DNA from: Tubiluchus corallicola
Taxonomy: Eukaryota > Animalia > Priapulida
DNA: 64,000 nt
Direction: 5' to 3'
Assembly (NCBI GenBank): GCA_030141605.1
Contig: JAQGDQ010000028.1
Location: 682,001-746,000, forward strand
Part shown: one piece after another, positions 24,901 through 39,900 of the stretch
Numbering within the stretch: the stretch's first letter is position 1
Layout of the letters: the number at the start of each line of letters is the position of its first letter
The notes under the pieces: model-generated
The model's input: only the letters and a program-made list of their open reading frames with translations
Told to the model about the DNA's origin: nothing
The model's database searches: none
Made by a program: the position numbers and the translations under genes

Positions 24901-27900
24901 AAACTTTACGCAATGTTATCTAATGTTTCAAACGATTCAACATTGTTGAAAATGCAAGCTCTGAGTGCAATAAATAAGGCAGTATGTAGGTGATGCATAA
25001 TTGCAAGATGGATTTTTCTAACTTTATGCAATTAAAGAGATTTATTGTGCTTGAAAATAACTGTAATTCTTGTAAATCAACTTACTTGCCCTTAACGAAA
25101 CCAACATAGACTAGAGTAGAATAGAAGTTTACACATTGAAACAAGAACATCTTAAACGTGAAACTGTCTTCATAATCCTGCTGTGTACGTGGACATTCTG
25201 AAATACGAAAGTATTCGTTATACAGACATTTGTGTATGGTTGTGTATGAGTACACACAGTGTTGTATCACTGATAAATAGACTAGGTATTAGTCTACACA
25301 TCTGTGGTGTTGTCAGGGCCGGTTTTAAGTCAATTAGACATGCTTCATGTTTTTTGCTGATCATTTGTTTATTTATTTTGTAATTTCAGTTTATCGTCGC
25401 AATTTACGCTATATGCATTAGTTAGATCGTCATTGGGTTTTAATTTTACTACTTTGTGGATGATATTCAAACCCTCAACACAGCAAGAGTGCTGTTAATA
25501 AGATTGTGTAACACCTTAACAGTTGTATCAAAGCTAAAACTGATTAAAACGTATCTAAGGTCAACAATTTCACAAGAGAGACCAAATAATTTGGCGATGC
25601 TATTTATAGAAGTTGACTTTAAAAAAACCATTGACTTTGAAATAATTATGAAAGATTTCACAGACAAAAAGCCAGAAAAGTCTGCTTTTAGAAGTTTATG
25701 CAGAAACAGTATGTCAGTAATTATCTTGACTTGTTGTTAACCATTAAAACTTTCATATGGGTTTTCAGTTTTTAGTATATCATAGTAGCAAATAGTGGAG
25801 CTTCAAGCTCTCAGCGCTTTTTGGCTGAGACTAGCATACTACATGAAGCATAAAACATCACTCTTCAGCTTTTAGGGTAGAGGGCCCCAATAAAAATTTC
25901 CTAATTGGACCCTGCACTTCCTAGGGCTGGCCCTGAGTGTTGTAACACTACATGTACCATAACCTACCAGTAATTTCTATTAATTATGAGCGCATACATC
26001 CGATAACTGTAAAATACATACACTAGTCAGATATCTACCATACATAGAATGTCATGGGAAAACTAAAAAAGTAATATTTATGAGTGCTTTTACAAAGCAT
26101 ACTCATTTTATTAAACCACAGTATTACATACCAATGTCTGTTAAAGCTACAGCAATACGTCTGTATACAATGGACATAAGGAATATAGAAATACAGTTGA
26201 TTGTCGCAGCGGTGAAAGTTGTACTGAGCAATGCATTCTGTCTGATGAGATCAACGTTGCTTGCGTACATAACCGAAACCATGGAAACCCGATAGACAAT
26301 TACGCCGAATACCGCAGATAGAACCAGGAATAACTGTAAAAAAACGGAACACTGTAAAAAATTGTAACAAATGTTACACCAGACCTTGATCCAGTTTCAA
26401 GTCTTTTGTCTCAAATCGAGTCTCAACTCCCACAAATATCTTTCAAGTCTGCCCCAGAAACCACTTTCAAGTCTTAACTTAAGTTTAAATATCATGTCTG
26501 TGCATTTGTTTGATACTTTACAGATCATTTTCTCTAATAAAATTAAGACCAATTGAAGGTCTAACCAAGACAATATACTAAATAAATGGTAAAATGAAAT
26601 TGTAACAGTTTACAGTAAAGTAAACCAACCTACAATGCCTTTATGGGAATGAGTAAAAATAACTATTTTTTTACACAGGTAATCCTATTATGAATGTTTT
26701 GGAGCACTGTGACTGACATGACTGTAACGTGATGCGATGTGCACCATCAGGTTGCCTAGATATAGACAAAATCCTTCTCAGTTATAATGATCTAGGTTGA
26801 TCTGATTTAGTTATAAACAAAATGATTAATTAACTCCATTGCTTGCTTTTTAACTGAGAATGATGGTAGCTGTCTTTTTAGTCTTATATCTATAATTCTT
26901 TGCATGCTCAAAGTTTGAAGCTAAGGTCAATGGAACTTTGTAGTTACTGTCGAAGTAAGCAATAAAAATCATTAGCAACAAGCCATGTGCAATGTAAGTA
27001 CACTGATGAAATCCTATTGTGATTACAAAACTGCCACAAAAAATCTTTGGTGGTCCAGCACGTTTTAAACTAATAGCAACCGATCTTTTGTTTAAGGTCA
27101 GCCATTGAAATTCGGTCAGACTTTTAAACCAGGGCTGACCAAGACAAGGAATGTTGCATAATCTGAACTAACAGCTGTAATGAACTTAAAATATACTGCT
27201 ATAAACATTCTCCATTTTCTAGTCAAATGGTCGAAAAGTACAAGATATAACACTAGTGTTATTTACTGTTTCTTGTGTTCATGCAAACAACCAACAAAAA
27301 GATTCTGGAACAATTTTTACAAATTCTGATGAAAGAGACGGTAAAAAAGAGTAAAGAAAACAAACTCATAACATAAGCATAAGACACAGACAAAACAACT
27401 TCTTAATACAGACAGAACCACCTTTTACCATAAACATTATTGTAGAAATAGAAGCCATCTTTCGCTTATAAGCAGTTAACCGTTCCATTACGGGTTCCAT
27501 CATTTCATTTACAGGATTTCTCTGCATCTTCGTGGCTCTAGCTTCGTACTGCGGTCGCATGGCACCCTGGAACAGCAAAACTCGGGTTGTACAAACAGTA
27601 GTAGGCAAGTATAAGATAAGGAAAAGTTGACAAGTCAACAGCCAAATGCAACAATCAATGAAATGGCACATCATATCATGCTGTTTATGTAAATGTACCA
27701 CTTCAGATACTGTCTAATGAATGTTTATGCCCTGGTTCTCCATGCCTTTTGAGTGTGCCACTTCAAACATTATCTCACGACTATCTGCAAATATCTTAAA
27801 TGCCACCATTGTAAATAATGAGGCACCTCATGAATGTTCAAGTACTGATTTTAGATGCCACTCCTGTAAATGTGGCACATCAAACATTGCCTCATGAATG

Positions 27901-30900
27901 TTCAAGTTTTGATTTTAGATGCCACTCCTGTAAATATGCCACCTCCAGTATCACAAACTTCGGGAATTTTTATGATTAAGCTTTGTTGCTGGTACTTTAT
28001 AAACACCTACCTGCACCAAGATTGGGTTGCAGACTTGTAAATATCATACAAAATGTTTAGACTAATAAAAGAAACCAGAATAAACTTACCCCCTCATCTT
28101 GAACATCCATCACATCCCAGTCCCATGCTATGAGAAACTGTTTTCGTTTCCAAAATTCCAAAAACATTGTTGCTGTAAATTTACCATATTTTAAGCTAAC
28201 TTAATAATAATTGCTACGCAAGCGTAAACAATAAAAAGGCTTGTTTTGCTATGAAGAAATATAGCATTTATTGAGACCGAAAGCCATTTTGTTTATTAAC
28301 AAAATGAAAAGGATAACACTCAGTTTGACAGAGAGTTGTTGAGGTACAATTGTACATTTGATTTATAACAGTAGTTTTGCACCTTTCAGTTCAAGGCATT
28401 ATTGTACCTTTAGTTGACTGTCATGCAAATTCTACTTTAATTGCTCCTGAAAAAAACTGTGGTGTCCTCATTCTTAATACTGATTAGATACATAAAAAAG
28501 ACCTTGGCAATTTATTTATCTGAGTAGTACTTTATGAGGATGCCGAATCAGTGTAAGAATACTGCTCTGGTAGAACCTTCTATGCACAAAAATATATAAA
28601 ATACCAGAGGAAACACAAGTAACAATAGTTGTACGGTTTGTGCCATTTATCAAGTAAGCTGCAAAAACATTTCACATTTTATCATACTACTTGTACAAAC
28701 AAGTTGGCCACTCCTGCAGACACAATCAAGTGTTATTCCTATGTTTATTACTGCTAACAGATGGAGCTTCCTTGACGAATGCTGGGTAACAATTTCATAG
28801 TACAGATCTTTTGTAAGAGAAACTGAACACTACAAAGGTAATGGTTGCTGTACTATAAAAATCTGCTTGCTTTTTTGTATTATTTAACACACTCATACAA
28901 ACTATCTTGTTCACTACAAGATATAGATTTTCCCTGTCAGTCACTAATAACTATAAAACTCACCCCACAACGCCATAAAAATGCTGAAGAAAACGGTTGC
29001 TGGATTGTCAAACATGTGTGTTAACTGAAAAAAAGCCAAGAATATGTAGTATATATACTAATTTCACTCTATAGTAAAGAGATGCTAATCCATAATGTGT
29101 CCTTGTTAGCAGATGGCATTACCTGTATTATACAATATACCAAAGTAGTGCTTACGATGCCAGTGACCTGCTGTTACAAAAACCTAGCAGAAAAGCACAA
29201 ACTTATTTGTTTACAATTAGTAATTTTCATTTTTATATAATGACAGTCTAAACAAACAAATGTCACTTATTGGCAGCTCACAAGACCAAATGCAAAGAAA
29301 GTAAACATGACCTCTAAATTACAAATACACAGACACAGCCCGAGCATAAATAATAACTAAATAATCAAATTCTAGCTTGTTCAATACTATTCCAAATGTT
29401 AAAAAGCAGAAAAAAGTTCACAGAAAATGGACCACAACACACGGTTTCACAGTTTTTCAGCCATGCCCCACAGCACCCTGCATTCATCCTAAGTGATCAC
29501 GTACCCGTGAATATAAGCAACTACTTTTCAGGTGCCAATAGGGACAGCTCAAGTCACAAACTGGACACATGATGGTCAATCCAAGCCCATCTGCATCACA
29601 AATTTCATTGCTATTAAAAAAAATACTGAAGATTAGGAAAGACTGTTAGTTCGTGTGTTCATTATTTTGCAAATGATAAAACTTCTGTTGTTTGGTTTTA
29701 AAAAGGCGATTGTCACATCTGTAGAACCTTTTGTACAAGATTTCATTATTATCGAATATAGTCTTAAAATGCGTCAAAACAATGTAACCTTAGAAACTGG
29801 CAATCTTCAACAATTCAAAACATATAGAAAGTACACAGTTAAAATCTTTCAATTTATAATGTTTTGCTCATGCATGTTACTATTGATATTTGTTTAGTAA
29901 TTATAGTAAAGTTATAGGAAGAAAGTGTACTAAATTTTGGTGAGCTCAAAGTGCAAATTTAACATATTGCAAAACCACAGAAGAAAACAAAGTAAAATTG
30001 CATTTCAATAAACTAAAGGCCACTGATGAGAACTTAATAAACAGAAGAGAAATTACTCCTCCGTTACGATGTAAGCTGCCTAAAATTGAGAGCCTTTAAA
30101 ATCATTAAATTGAGAGTCGTAAAATCATTCTAAAATTCTGCCAATATAAGAACTCTTGCAACAATATGGTGTCACTTTCTACATACTTTTCAGTATTGCA
30201 AATAAAAGCTCTATTCGATTTGTATTTTAGTAGCATAAGTGGCAAACTAGCACTTGTGAACAACTAGTTGCACCCGAACAATTGTGTATGTATCTTTATT
30301 ACAAGTACATAAGTCCAACAGGTCTAACAGATATAACATTTATGGCAAAAATCTCTAGTTTTTTTAACATGTGAGTTGTAAAATACGAGTTGAAACTTTT
30401 GGCTTTTTGACAACAATGATTTTGTGAAACTTTTGGCTTTTTGACAACAACAACGATTTTGTGAAACTTTTGGCTTTTTGACAACAACAACGATTTTGTG
30501 AAACTTTTGGCTTTTTGACAACAACAACGATTTTGTGCAAAGTGCAACAAATTAAGCAGCAGCATAGCAAGCTGTGTTAAAAGAACAGTGCGACTTCGTT
30601 GTGAATCTACCCAAGTTGCTTACGGCAGATGCGAAGAGAGATCCGAGAATTGTCATGATGCAAGCATTCTGGTATTTTATCCCACACAACGGAGCTGTTT
30701 CAATTATATGTGTTATCCAAAATCACTAACTGCTATTTCTTTTTCAAAAGCCAAAAAAAGTTAAACTAGTATCTTATAAGTGATATGTAGATATTGATAC
30801 ACGGCCCCAAGTCAAACAAAGCTAAGCTGATTGTGCAAAACAATTCTACTTGTGCTAACTTGACGACAGATTACAATATTACAATCACGACAGCACACAA

Positions 30901-33900
30901 CCATTTATTTTCACTGCTCCTAGAATTTCTGCCTGTTAGTGTCAATCATCAACCCAAAAAACAATTGATTATTCAATTATCTTCCTAAATCTTAAATTAA
31001 ATAAAATTTAATTCCATCTCACCTTGGAGTATTGTAGAATAAGGTGAAAAGACCGTATAAAAAACAAATAACACCAACAACTGCAGCTGGTACCAACATG
31101 ATCGTGTAGAATCCTAGCCAAGCAAAATAAATAGCAATCTTTTCTCCATAGTATTTACGTATCAAATCCAATGGCTGTCGCTTGTACCAGTTTTTTGGTT
31201 TGACCCAGAGTTCATATAATAGCTGCAAATAAAAAACAAATGTTTTCTAGCACACTGAAAGCTAGTGAAACATGCATACTAGTATAAAAGAGAGATTTGC
31301 TCAAACAACCAACCTGACCACAGGTTTTTAGACAAAATCAACAAATTTTCTTCCAAAAATATCATGCTGTGAAAACAGTGTTGTGAACATTGTTAAAAAT
31401 AAGATGAACCAAACTAATGGAGCATTAACTTTCAAAAACCATATGAAATACCTTGAATGTAATAATGCCTAATAAGAAAGCAGCTTTTGGCTTTGTGAAG
31501 TTCATGTATGCACACTTACTAACTACTAGAGTGACAATTCAATTACACAGTTTGTATAGGCACTGAGCCTCCTACCACCCATTACAAATGTAGGCTGAGT
31601 AACACAAGCATAAACGTGAAGAGGTTCAAAATATCACAATGCTAAACAAGTAATATCATGACGAACAGAACATCGTTTTTAGTTGCTGTTCACCACAATA
31701 AAATTTTGATTTTCTGCAGCTTATAATTGTGGTTGAAGTAAAGCTTTTTTCTATGAGTTCATATGCATAAAAGTGAACGTATTAACAAGGAAATGGCAAG
31801 TTGAATTTCATTTTTCAGTCTAATGAAATTTCGTAACATCTAAGGAACTGGCCAGCTATCAGTAAACCTTGCTATAGCAATAACAAACTAAAGTTCTTAA
31901 TAAAGAATAACTCTAGAAAAAATCTTAATGGAAAAACTAGAATAAAAGAATGTGATGAAATTGCATTTAAATATTCACAAGTACACTGCAGATCAATGTT
32001 AGGCTGATTAGTAAATTGACGGATGACCACCAAGAATATTGCTTCAGTTTGGTTTCACCTACTAGGCTATTTCTTTTGATGAGACAAGCTATAATGTAGA
32101 GATGAACATGAGAACTCTGCTAGTTAGGTGTTTCATTTTAGAATATTATCGTTGGTAACGAACTCGATTGTGGTACTGATGCAACCAGCTACATCAAATA
32201 TACACACTGCAGCTAAATGCTGGATCCAAGCTTGCAAAAAACTCTACAAAAACACTTCTTCTTACGTGCTTGTTGCTAATAAGTAAATCATCTTTCTTTA
32301 CAAATCAGAAAAGCTATTGAAACTAAAGCATATCCCACATCAAAAGTTTAGCTTCCAGCCATTAACAGAGCCTCACTATACTTACCTTGCGCTCATTATC
32401 ACCTTCTGTAAGTCCAATAGAACCTGCATCATAACCACCCTAACAGAAAAGCAAATATACTGCCATTGCTGCATACTTCTATGAATTTGTTTAACAATAA
32501 ACAAAAGAAGTTTGTTTGTTGAGTGTGATCAAACCAAAAACTTCACTTTATTTATTACACAGTGAAGTATAATCATGCAATTTTGTTATGACTGTAATCA
32601 CTTCACATAACTTTGCCGCCACGTGTAGACAGGAAAATGAGTGACAGTGAAAACCGCGACATTCAACATAAAGACATGAACCAAATTATAATTATCACAA
32701 TCATGCAATAAGTCTTGGTAAACTTCTTACTATCATAGAGCGCAACAGCAACGAGAGTTCGGGCTGATTTTGCATTAAAAGGGTAGCTTCTTCCAGTTGA
32801 ACTTTTTTTTGGCGTTATTTCAAAATTTATAATGACACCAGAAAATGTAATACATTCAGCGAAAGTGTTTTCCATGATGCTAGAGCTAAACCTAATATTA
32901 TATTTACCATTTTATTACACTTTTACATTGTTCGTAATATCAATATGACATCGAATCAATATCGAATATCAATGTCACCCATCAAAAAAGATCGACTTCA
33001 GCTAAGAAAACCCTCCACATTGCTTGGGAGGGGGACAGTTACAAACTGCAGCATATGTACATGCATAAATAACACACAGACAGATTTTCATCTTTTACAC
33101 ATTTATACATAGACAGATTATCAAAATATCAAGAAAAGATATCACTGACACTCTAACAGAAATGCAAAACAACTGAGAAGAAATCTGTGTAATTTACTTC
33201 ATAAATTTTGTTCAAATTGAACAGCTTCATTTTATATACAAACTAGCTCAAGCAAGGCTAAGAGCTACTCAGCTTAAGAAGGTGCATCAAATAGCGAAAA
33301 TATGAACACAAATTCAGACAATTAAAATTCGTATAATTAATTAACTTGAGGTAGAAGGAATCTATTTATGTTATTTCGAAGTGGGTAATATTGTAGCTTG
33401 CAGAGAAACATAAATGCTAACAAATTTCATTAACAAACAGTTGCAATACCTCGTGAAGTGGAAAAGCAGCTGTATAAACTTTCTCACGCATCAGCCTTAC
33501 AATACCTATAAAAATGCAAATATAAAATGTTGAATATTTGTAATTACGATTACATTTACAAGAAAAAGTGTCAGTCAAAAACGCACTCATTAGTGGTCAG
33601 CTGCAACCTGAGCGACTTACCGATACTACAAAAATCACAAATGGTTATGTGCATGTTAAAAAACATTCTAACTGCAAAATAAAATACAATGACTGGACCA
33701 TTAAACTTTAAAACAAGACAGAGGGCACCTATGGCAATCTTGAGGATATTCTGCAAGGTCTCCTTACAGAATGTCCAACAAACTTTACAGCAGCTGTTTT
33801 TTCCTGCACGTGCCATCAATCTTGCTAAATGTCCTGTTTTCCCACAGCCTTGTGTTTTTCCACAGTTGTGGCCTGAATTTTTACTGGGTCCACAACAACG

Positions 33901-36900
33901 ACACCATGTGAAAAGACTGACCATTGGGAACAGGCCCTGCCACTGGTGCCTTGGGTTAGTTAGAGGTTTACAATGTTTTTTATGGAGGACGGAACGGAAT
34001 AACACAAACACACCGAATCTCATTCTTGACTTAATGTACTCTTTTATGCCCTCTGAAGCATCCGGATCGCCATAATGGGCTCTGCTTAAAATCTCGTGTA
34101 CAAAAAGACTCCGCTGACTAGGACTGAAAAACGACTCCTGGTTCTTGATTAGAAATCTATAAAGGCAAACAATTCACACTTTTAGCTAATCCGAGGTAGT
34201 GTTGAAGCATAGTTTACAATTTTTCGTAAATAATTGCTGTCTAAGCATTTACAATTAGCATAGTTCCAAAACTGATAACCATTTAACCTATGACACGATT
34301 ATAAATCTTGTATATTTTAGGGAATCAACCATATGCAGAGTAGAAATATGGCAGAAACCTGCTTAAGATTTGAAGAATAACAATTTTCAAATAAAAGAAA
34401 AAAGTACAGCAATATATGACTGCAATATAAAAGCTATTTTAACAACATTGGTTTTGAGGACACTTAATTTAATATCTTTACTTTTCTTTTCGTGAAACTC
34501 AGATTAATACCTACAATGGAAGATCTTTTTTACAGAAAAAAAAAACAACCAATATTCAAAGTGTATTATAAATGTCCCATCCCTCCTTTTGCATCAAATT
34601 TTGAAAAACTGAATTCTGGCAGGTATAAAAGCCTTATTTGTAAAACTAATAGATTTCTGAATTCTTTCATTCCAAGTGCAGTAAGACAATTTAATGCTAA
34701 CTTTAAGTGATAATCAGTTTCTTAGTCTTTATGAGGTATCTTTTAATTTTAGGTTTTGGATTTGTTGCCTGTTTTAAACATAGGATTTATTACCCTATAA
34801 TAAGATAATAAATCAACGGTATTGCTACAGGTGAAAATTTAATTTAATGTAATAAGATAGGTAACTGTTTGTTCATGTGTAATTTTGTTGTTTCGTATAT
34901 TTTAATATTGAGCCAAATGAAATTGTGATGAAAGATTACAGCAAAGCAGAATTCATCTTATCTTATCTCTTAACATAAAATGGCAGTTACATAGCATTAA
35001 ATGAATAATGGTTCACGTTAGTGATGTAAATTGATACAATTTGATCGATATGATTTCGATTCGATTCGATACGATACACTTTTATTTCGATACAAGAAAA
35101 TATTGGCGATACACGCTTTAAAACAATACAAACAATTTTTTAACTATGTTTGTTTATATACTATTATAACATTATAATTATACTATTACCAATAAACTCA
35201 GTAAGTCGGTAATTGACAAAACACTAATAACAATACGAGTAGTAGCGAAATAATATTTACTAGCCAAACCCCGCAAAAAGAATTTTGCACATAAACTCAC
35301 AACACACTACCCATACCATACCACAACTCCCACACCATGCTGCAACACAACATAACACCACACCATCCACATACCATACCATACCACAACACACTACACC
35401 CACACCCACCACACTACACGAACATCACCCATACCATACCACACCACTATACACCCTACCACCCCACCACATTATGTACACCACATCACCCAGATCACAC
35501 TAAACCACACCCACCACATAACCACACCACTGCACCAACACCACACACTCACTACACCCACCACATCAAATCCAACACATCACATGATGTCGACGACAAT
35601 GATGACACCTACAACACTAACACCAACAACACTAACACCAAAACCATGCAAAACATTTTGTATAAAATCGAAACTGTGCTATAGCAAATGCTCTTAGACC
35701 CATCTACCAATGATCAATAATATGCAGTCATTCCACATAGTTTTGTTAACTGTTTCTCAGGTGAGTGCTAAGAGAACTTACTTAGATGTACAATCTATAA
35801 CACTGTAGAACGACGGGTGAAGAAAATGCGAAGAAGAACCGCGAAATTTCTCAAACTCGAAGGCAATGGGTGTTCCAAATAGCGTGCAGCACAGGGGGGT
35901 TAAAAAAGAACTTCGAAATACACCCCTCATGTTCCATCCAGTATACATATCTTCCACTGAAACCATGTAGACCATTTCTTCCTCTTTCTGCAAGTGTGCT
36001 TATTTTTTCCCAACATGCTCAAATAGTTACACAAATAGAGTTCTGTTTGAGCAGGTTTATGCAAAATTTGCGTGGTTGTGTCCAGGAAAAAGCCAAAAGC
36101 CAGTAGTAGAATGCCGAGGCCCTCCCGTGAATTTTAAATGTGACTACTATACCCACCGTTGAATGGGCTATGCTATCATGATGAGCACCATCACCGGCCC
36201 ATTCCTATTCTCCAGAAATAAAAGGTATAAGTTTTATAAAAAACGGCAACAGTACAGATTGATTGTGTTTTCTCCAGAAAGGGAGTACATCATCTTCACT
36301 TGCATTTGATAGCATTAAATAAGTACATGTTAATGTCTTTCTTTAACAATCGTAAGGGGTATCTGCACATTCTTGACTTTCCTCTTCATTGACAGTCTTC
36401 TTCACTGCCACTATCAAGAAGGTGTTTTCGTCTCTTTGTTTTGTGAGCAGTTTCTGGACAATTTAATTTTGGCTGATCACTAAGAACGTCCATGACGGGC
36501 AAACCAACATGATCTATAAATGCTTCTACTAGAATATGTAATATATTTTGCGCAATTTGGATCAAGTGCTATCGGTATTCTATGTATGTCTGTAGCACAG
36601 TGCTTTTCTATGCGATCTTCAATGTCTTTCAAGAATTCAGTTTTAAATACATGCACATATCGGACGTCATTATCACTAACTTTTAATTTGCACTGCAGAT
36701 ATTTCAGTGCTGGAATAACGACGCTAATGTTTTATCCACCAAGCTGTACCAGTTTGTCCCATTCTGCTGCATTCAGTAGGTCATATGGACAAATGGTACA
36801 TATTTTAGTTTGAACACTAAGCAATCATTCTAAGTACACAGCAGACTGTTCCATCTAGTTTGGCATTCTGTTAACACATTTCTGTTTTTCATCCTAGGTT

Positions 36901-39900
36901 CACAAAGAGCACTGCCAAGGTCATGAAAAGTACTGGCGCTTTGAAGAAAATGTTGAATTATGAGTCTTGCCTTGGTAATGACAGTACCAACATTAGCTTT
37001 ATCTAAGTGAAAGTGAAGACTGCAAAGCATGATTAATACAGACTGTAGGAAAAGCATTGTCATTAATCAACATGTTTTCATCTGTATTCATGTCATTTGA
37101 TATTCATTATTTTCAAGTTCAATTTGAAGAATACTGTTCTGTCCAGGATCTTAAACAAGTGATACATGCAAACCTCTTTCAATAATTCATTTTGATGTTG
37201 CCTCTCTCAAAAGATCCTTTTTGGCACTTGACACAGGCTTACTCGTTTTCATTAATACAATTGTGATTGGCACAGCAGCTTTTGTCATTTTCCTTACTGG
37301 GACAGTAGGGTGAGACTTAGGTGAGACGTAGGGTGGAGAAAATATTAAAAGAAAACATTAGCTACACTATCAAAAGCAGTGTCATTTTACTGACGTGATT
37401 TATTATAAGAAAACATGAACATGTGCAGAAGAAAGTCAAAAGACTTTTACAAATTTTTACAAAAAGTTTATATAGCTACAAAAATAAACTATAATATGGC
37501 TAAGTTAAGTATTGTTAAAATCAGTGGGCAAGTACACCAACATACCTGTTTGATGTGTCAATACTGTGGTCAAATTTTTGAATTGTATTTCTTTCTGCAA
37601 TGATTACACTTCGCTATTACATTTGATTCAACTTCTCGCGTAAAAGCAAAATGATTTCTATATATACCGCTGTATTGACTATAACTTGGCTCAGCCCGAG
37701 CCATAACTGTTGCGCTAAAAATCAGAATAAAAAAAGAAAACCAAAGAATTTCACTTTAGTAATAATTTCGTAAAAAAACATGTAACAAACATGTGTGCAT
37801 TTTGTATAGACGCTATAATGTACAACCTTCGAAACTTTGGGTGAACTTTTGTTTTTCCAAAGTGTTGGCGAAGATTTCTTGCGAAATGTCAAATATGGCG
37901 CTACGAATACGACTACGATACACAATTTTATCGATACGATAATGATTTTTGTGGGGAAAATCAGTACAATAACAAAGCGGCAAAATTTTAGTATTGATTC
38001 AATAATTACTGTATTGTTTAACATCACTAGTTCGCGCAATTAATTATTGCTGCTGCAATTAAAACAAAATCCTCACTTACTGTCTAGCACGGTCGCGTTG
38101 AAACAAGCAGGTGAAATAACGAGGAAACTCTGGGAGGTACGTGTTGTCTAACACAAGGAAACGTGTTAGCTTTTCTAGGTAATGTTTTGGTTGTGTCACT
38201 TTTCTTAAAAGACGAGGAACAGGGCTGGAATGGACACGCTGATGTTCTTCTGCTTCCTCCTCTTCCTGGTAAAAAATCAAACACCATTATTTTTGCAAAT
38301 GTTTGCCAAAATATAACAACATTATTAGTAATTAGATGAAGGCATAATATGCACTACTAGCGATCTACAAGGCTCTTTAAAAAGTTCATTAAAAATGATA
38401 TAAAATGATAAAATTAATACGTTTTACTCACAGTAAGCACGATAGTTAGTCGTCGTTGTGCTACTGTGCCATCCGAACTATAAGCCTGGAAATATTATAA
38501 AGATTTTTAGTAATAAACTGGCATCCTCCATTAGTTTTCACTTTTCAGATCATTTTCATCAGAAAACAGGGCCAAATCGTTAGGCCTAAATTTGTTAGTT
38601 TTTCGTCTTTGCACACCTTCACATCATTCGTAGCTAGATGAGCACCAGCCCCTGTATTTCGAATATGTACTGCACAAGAAACAGATGCTTTATACGTACA
38701 TTACATCTCACTAGTGGTGTGAAGGCAACATCATTAAAACACTCATTAGTTTAGTGAAAAACAAACTTGAAATTTAATAGTTCGAGTTTAATATTTGCCA
38801 AGTTTTTGCATATCACAGTGAATGTCAGGCAGTAGTTTCACATTTTCATTTTCGCTTTCACAAACATGTGAAACGCATTCACTAAGTGTTTCTGCTGTTA
38901 GAAAATTTCTCCCACTTGTGAGATCATTGATAGCTGCATTTGCCTACTGTTAAGTTTCTAAGCTAGTATTTTCCTTTATAAATACATAAAAACATACAAA
39001 CTTAACTTTTTTGCTTAAATGGAAACAGTATTGCACAAACGTGAGTTATTTTAAAAACACAGACAAAGTAAAATTTAACTTTTTAAAATTTAAATTTTAC
39101 TGGAACTATAAGTTTAAGAAGCATTAAATTTGTACAGCTGATTATAAGTTCAGTAAGATTTCCGAAATTTCGATTCTTTTACATACATCTGTAACTACTC
39201 TAAGCAAAATGTACAAACAATTAAAAAATTATATTTGCCAAAACAAATTATGGAAGTTGAAAAATTCAGAAAAACTAAAATCTTAAAATCAGTTTTACAA
39301 TAACAAGTGCATTGTATAATTCTACGTTACATGTTATATGCATGCTGAAGAAAATAAGTTCAAAATGCTTTGCAAAAAGCTATGCAAGAAGTAGTATCTG
39401 AAACTATTTGGTTGGTATGCAAAGGCACACGTAATCACATATGGGGATGTGCCAAAAAGTGTCAATTAACCGATATTCTGTATATACATATTAACCCAAT
39501 AATAACAATGTCCACATATTTGTAGTTTGCACAACATAAATAAATAGCATAAATTAAATTAAAAATAAATTTTAATTTAGATATAAATACCTTGATAGGC
39601 ATCTTCATTTTCATCAGTTCAGCATAACGAGTGCAAACCTCCCACGGTGCATGAATCTTCACAAAATATGTCTTTTTACTCTTGGATTCCTAACATAAAA
39701 TAAATCAGTGTTACAGGTAATGGTTTTAGCCTTCAGCTATATTGTCATTCACATTTTTGCCGGCTTGAAATCGTGAACAAAAGAGATTCAAAATAAGCTG
39801 TGACAGCTTTGTAATTGATTTCAAATATTGCAGGCCTTTTACCTTTGAATGATAGGGGGTAGGAGCTTAGTGAAATCTTTTGCCGAAGGTGGCAAAAATA

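Noticed and set aside
30391-30535. 37-bp repeats of CRISPR-like length, with ORFs in three frames
   Set aside because: Repeats are contiguous with no spacers and no cas genes; this is a minisatellite in a eukaryotic intron.
33571-34075. 150-aa and 128-aa overlapping ORFs
   Set aside because: Intron read-through and antisense frames next to anoctamin exon 34014-34156, with no recognisable domain.
35285-35684. His/Pro/Thr-rich ORFs
   Set aside because: Low-complexity CACCA tract inside a decayed hAT.
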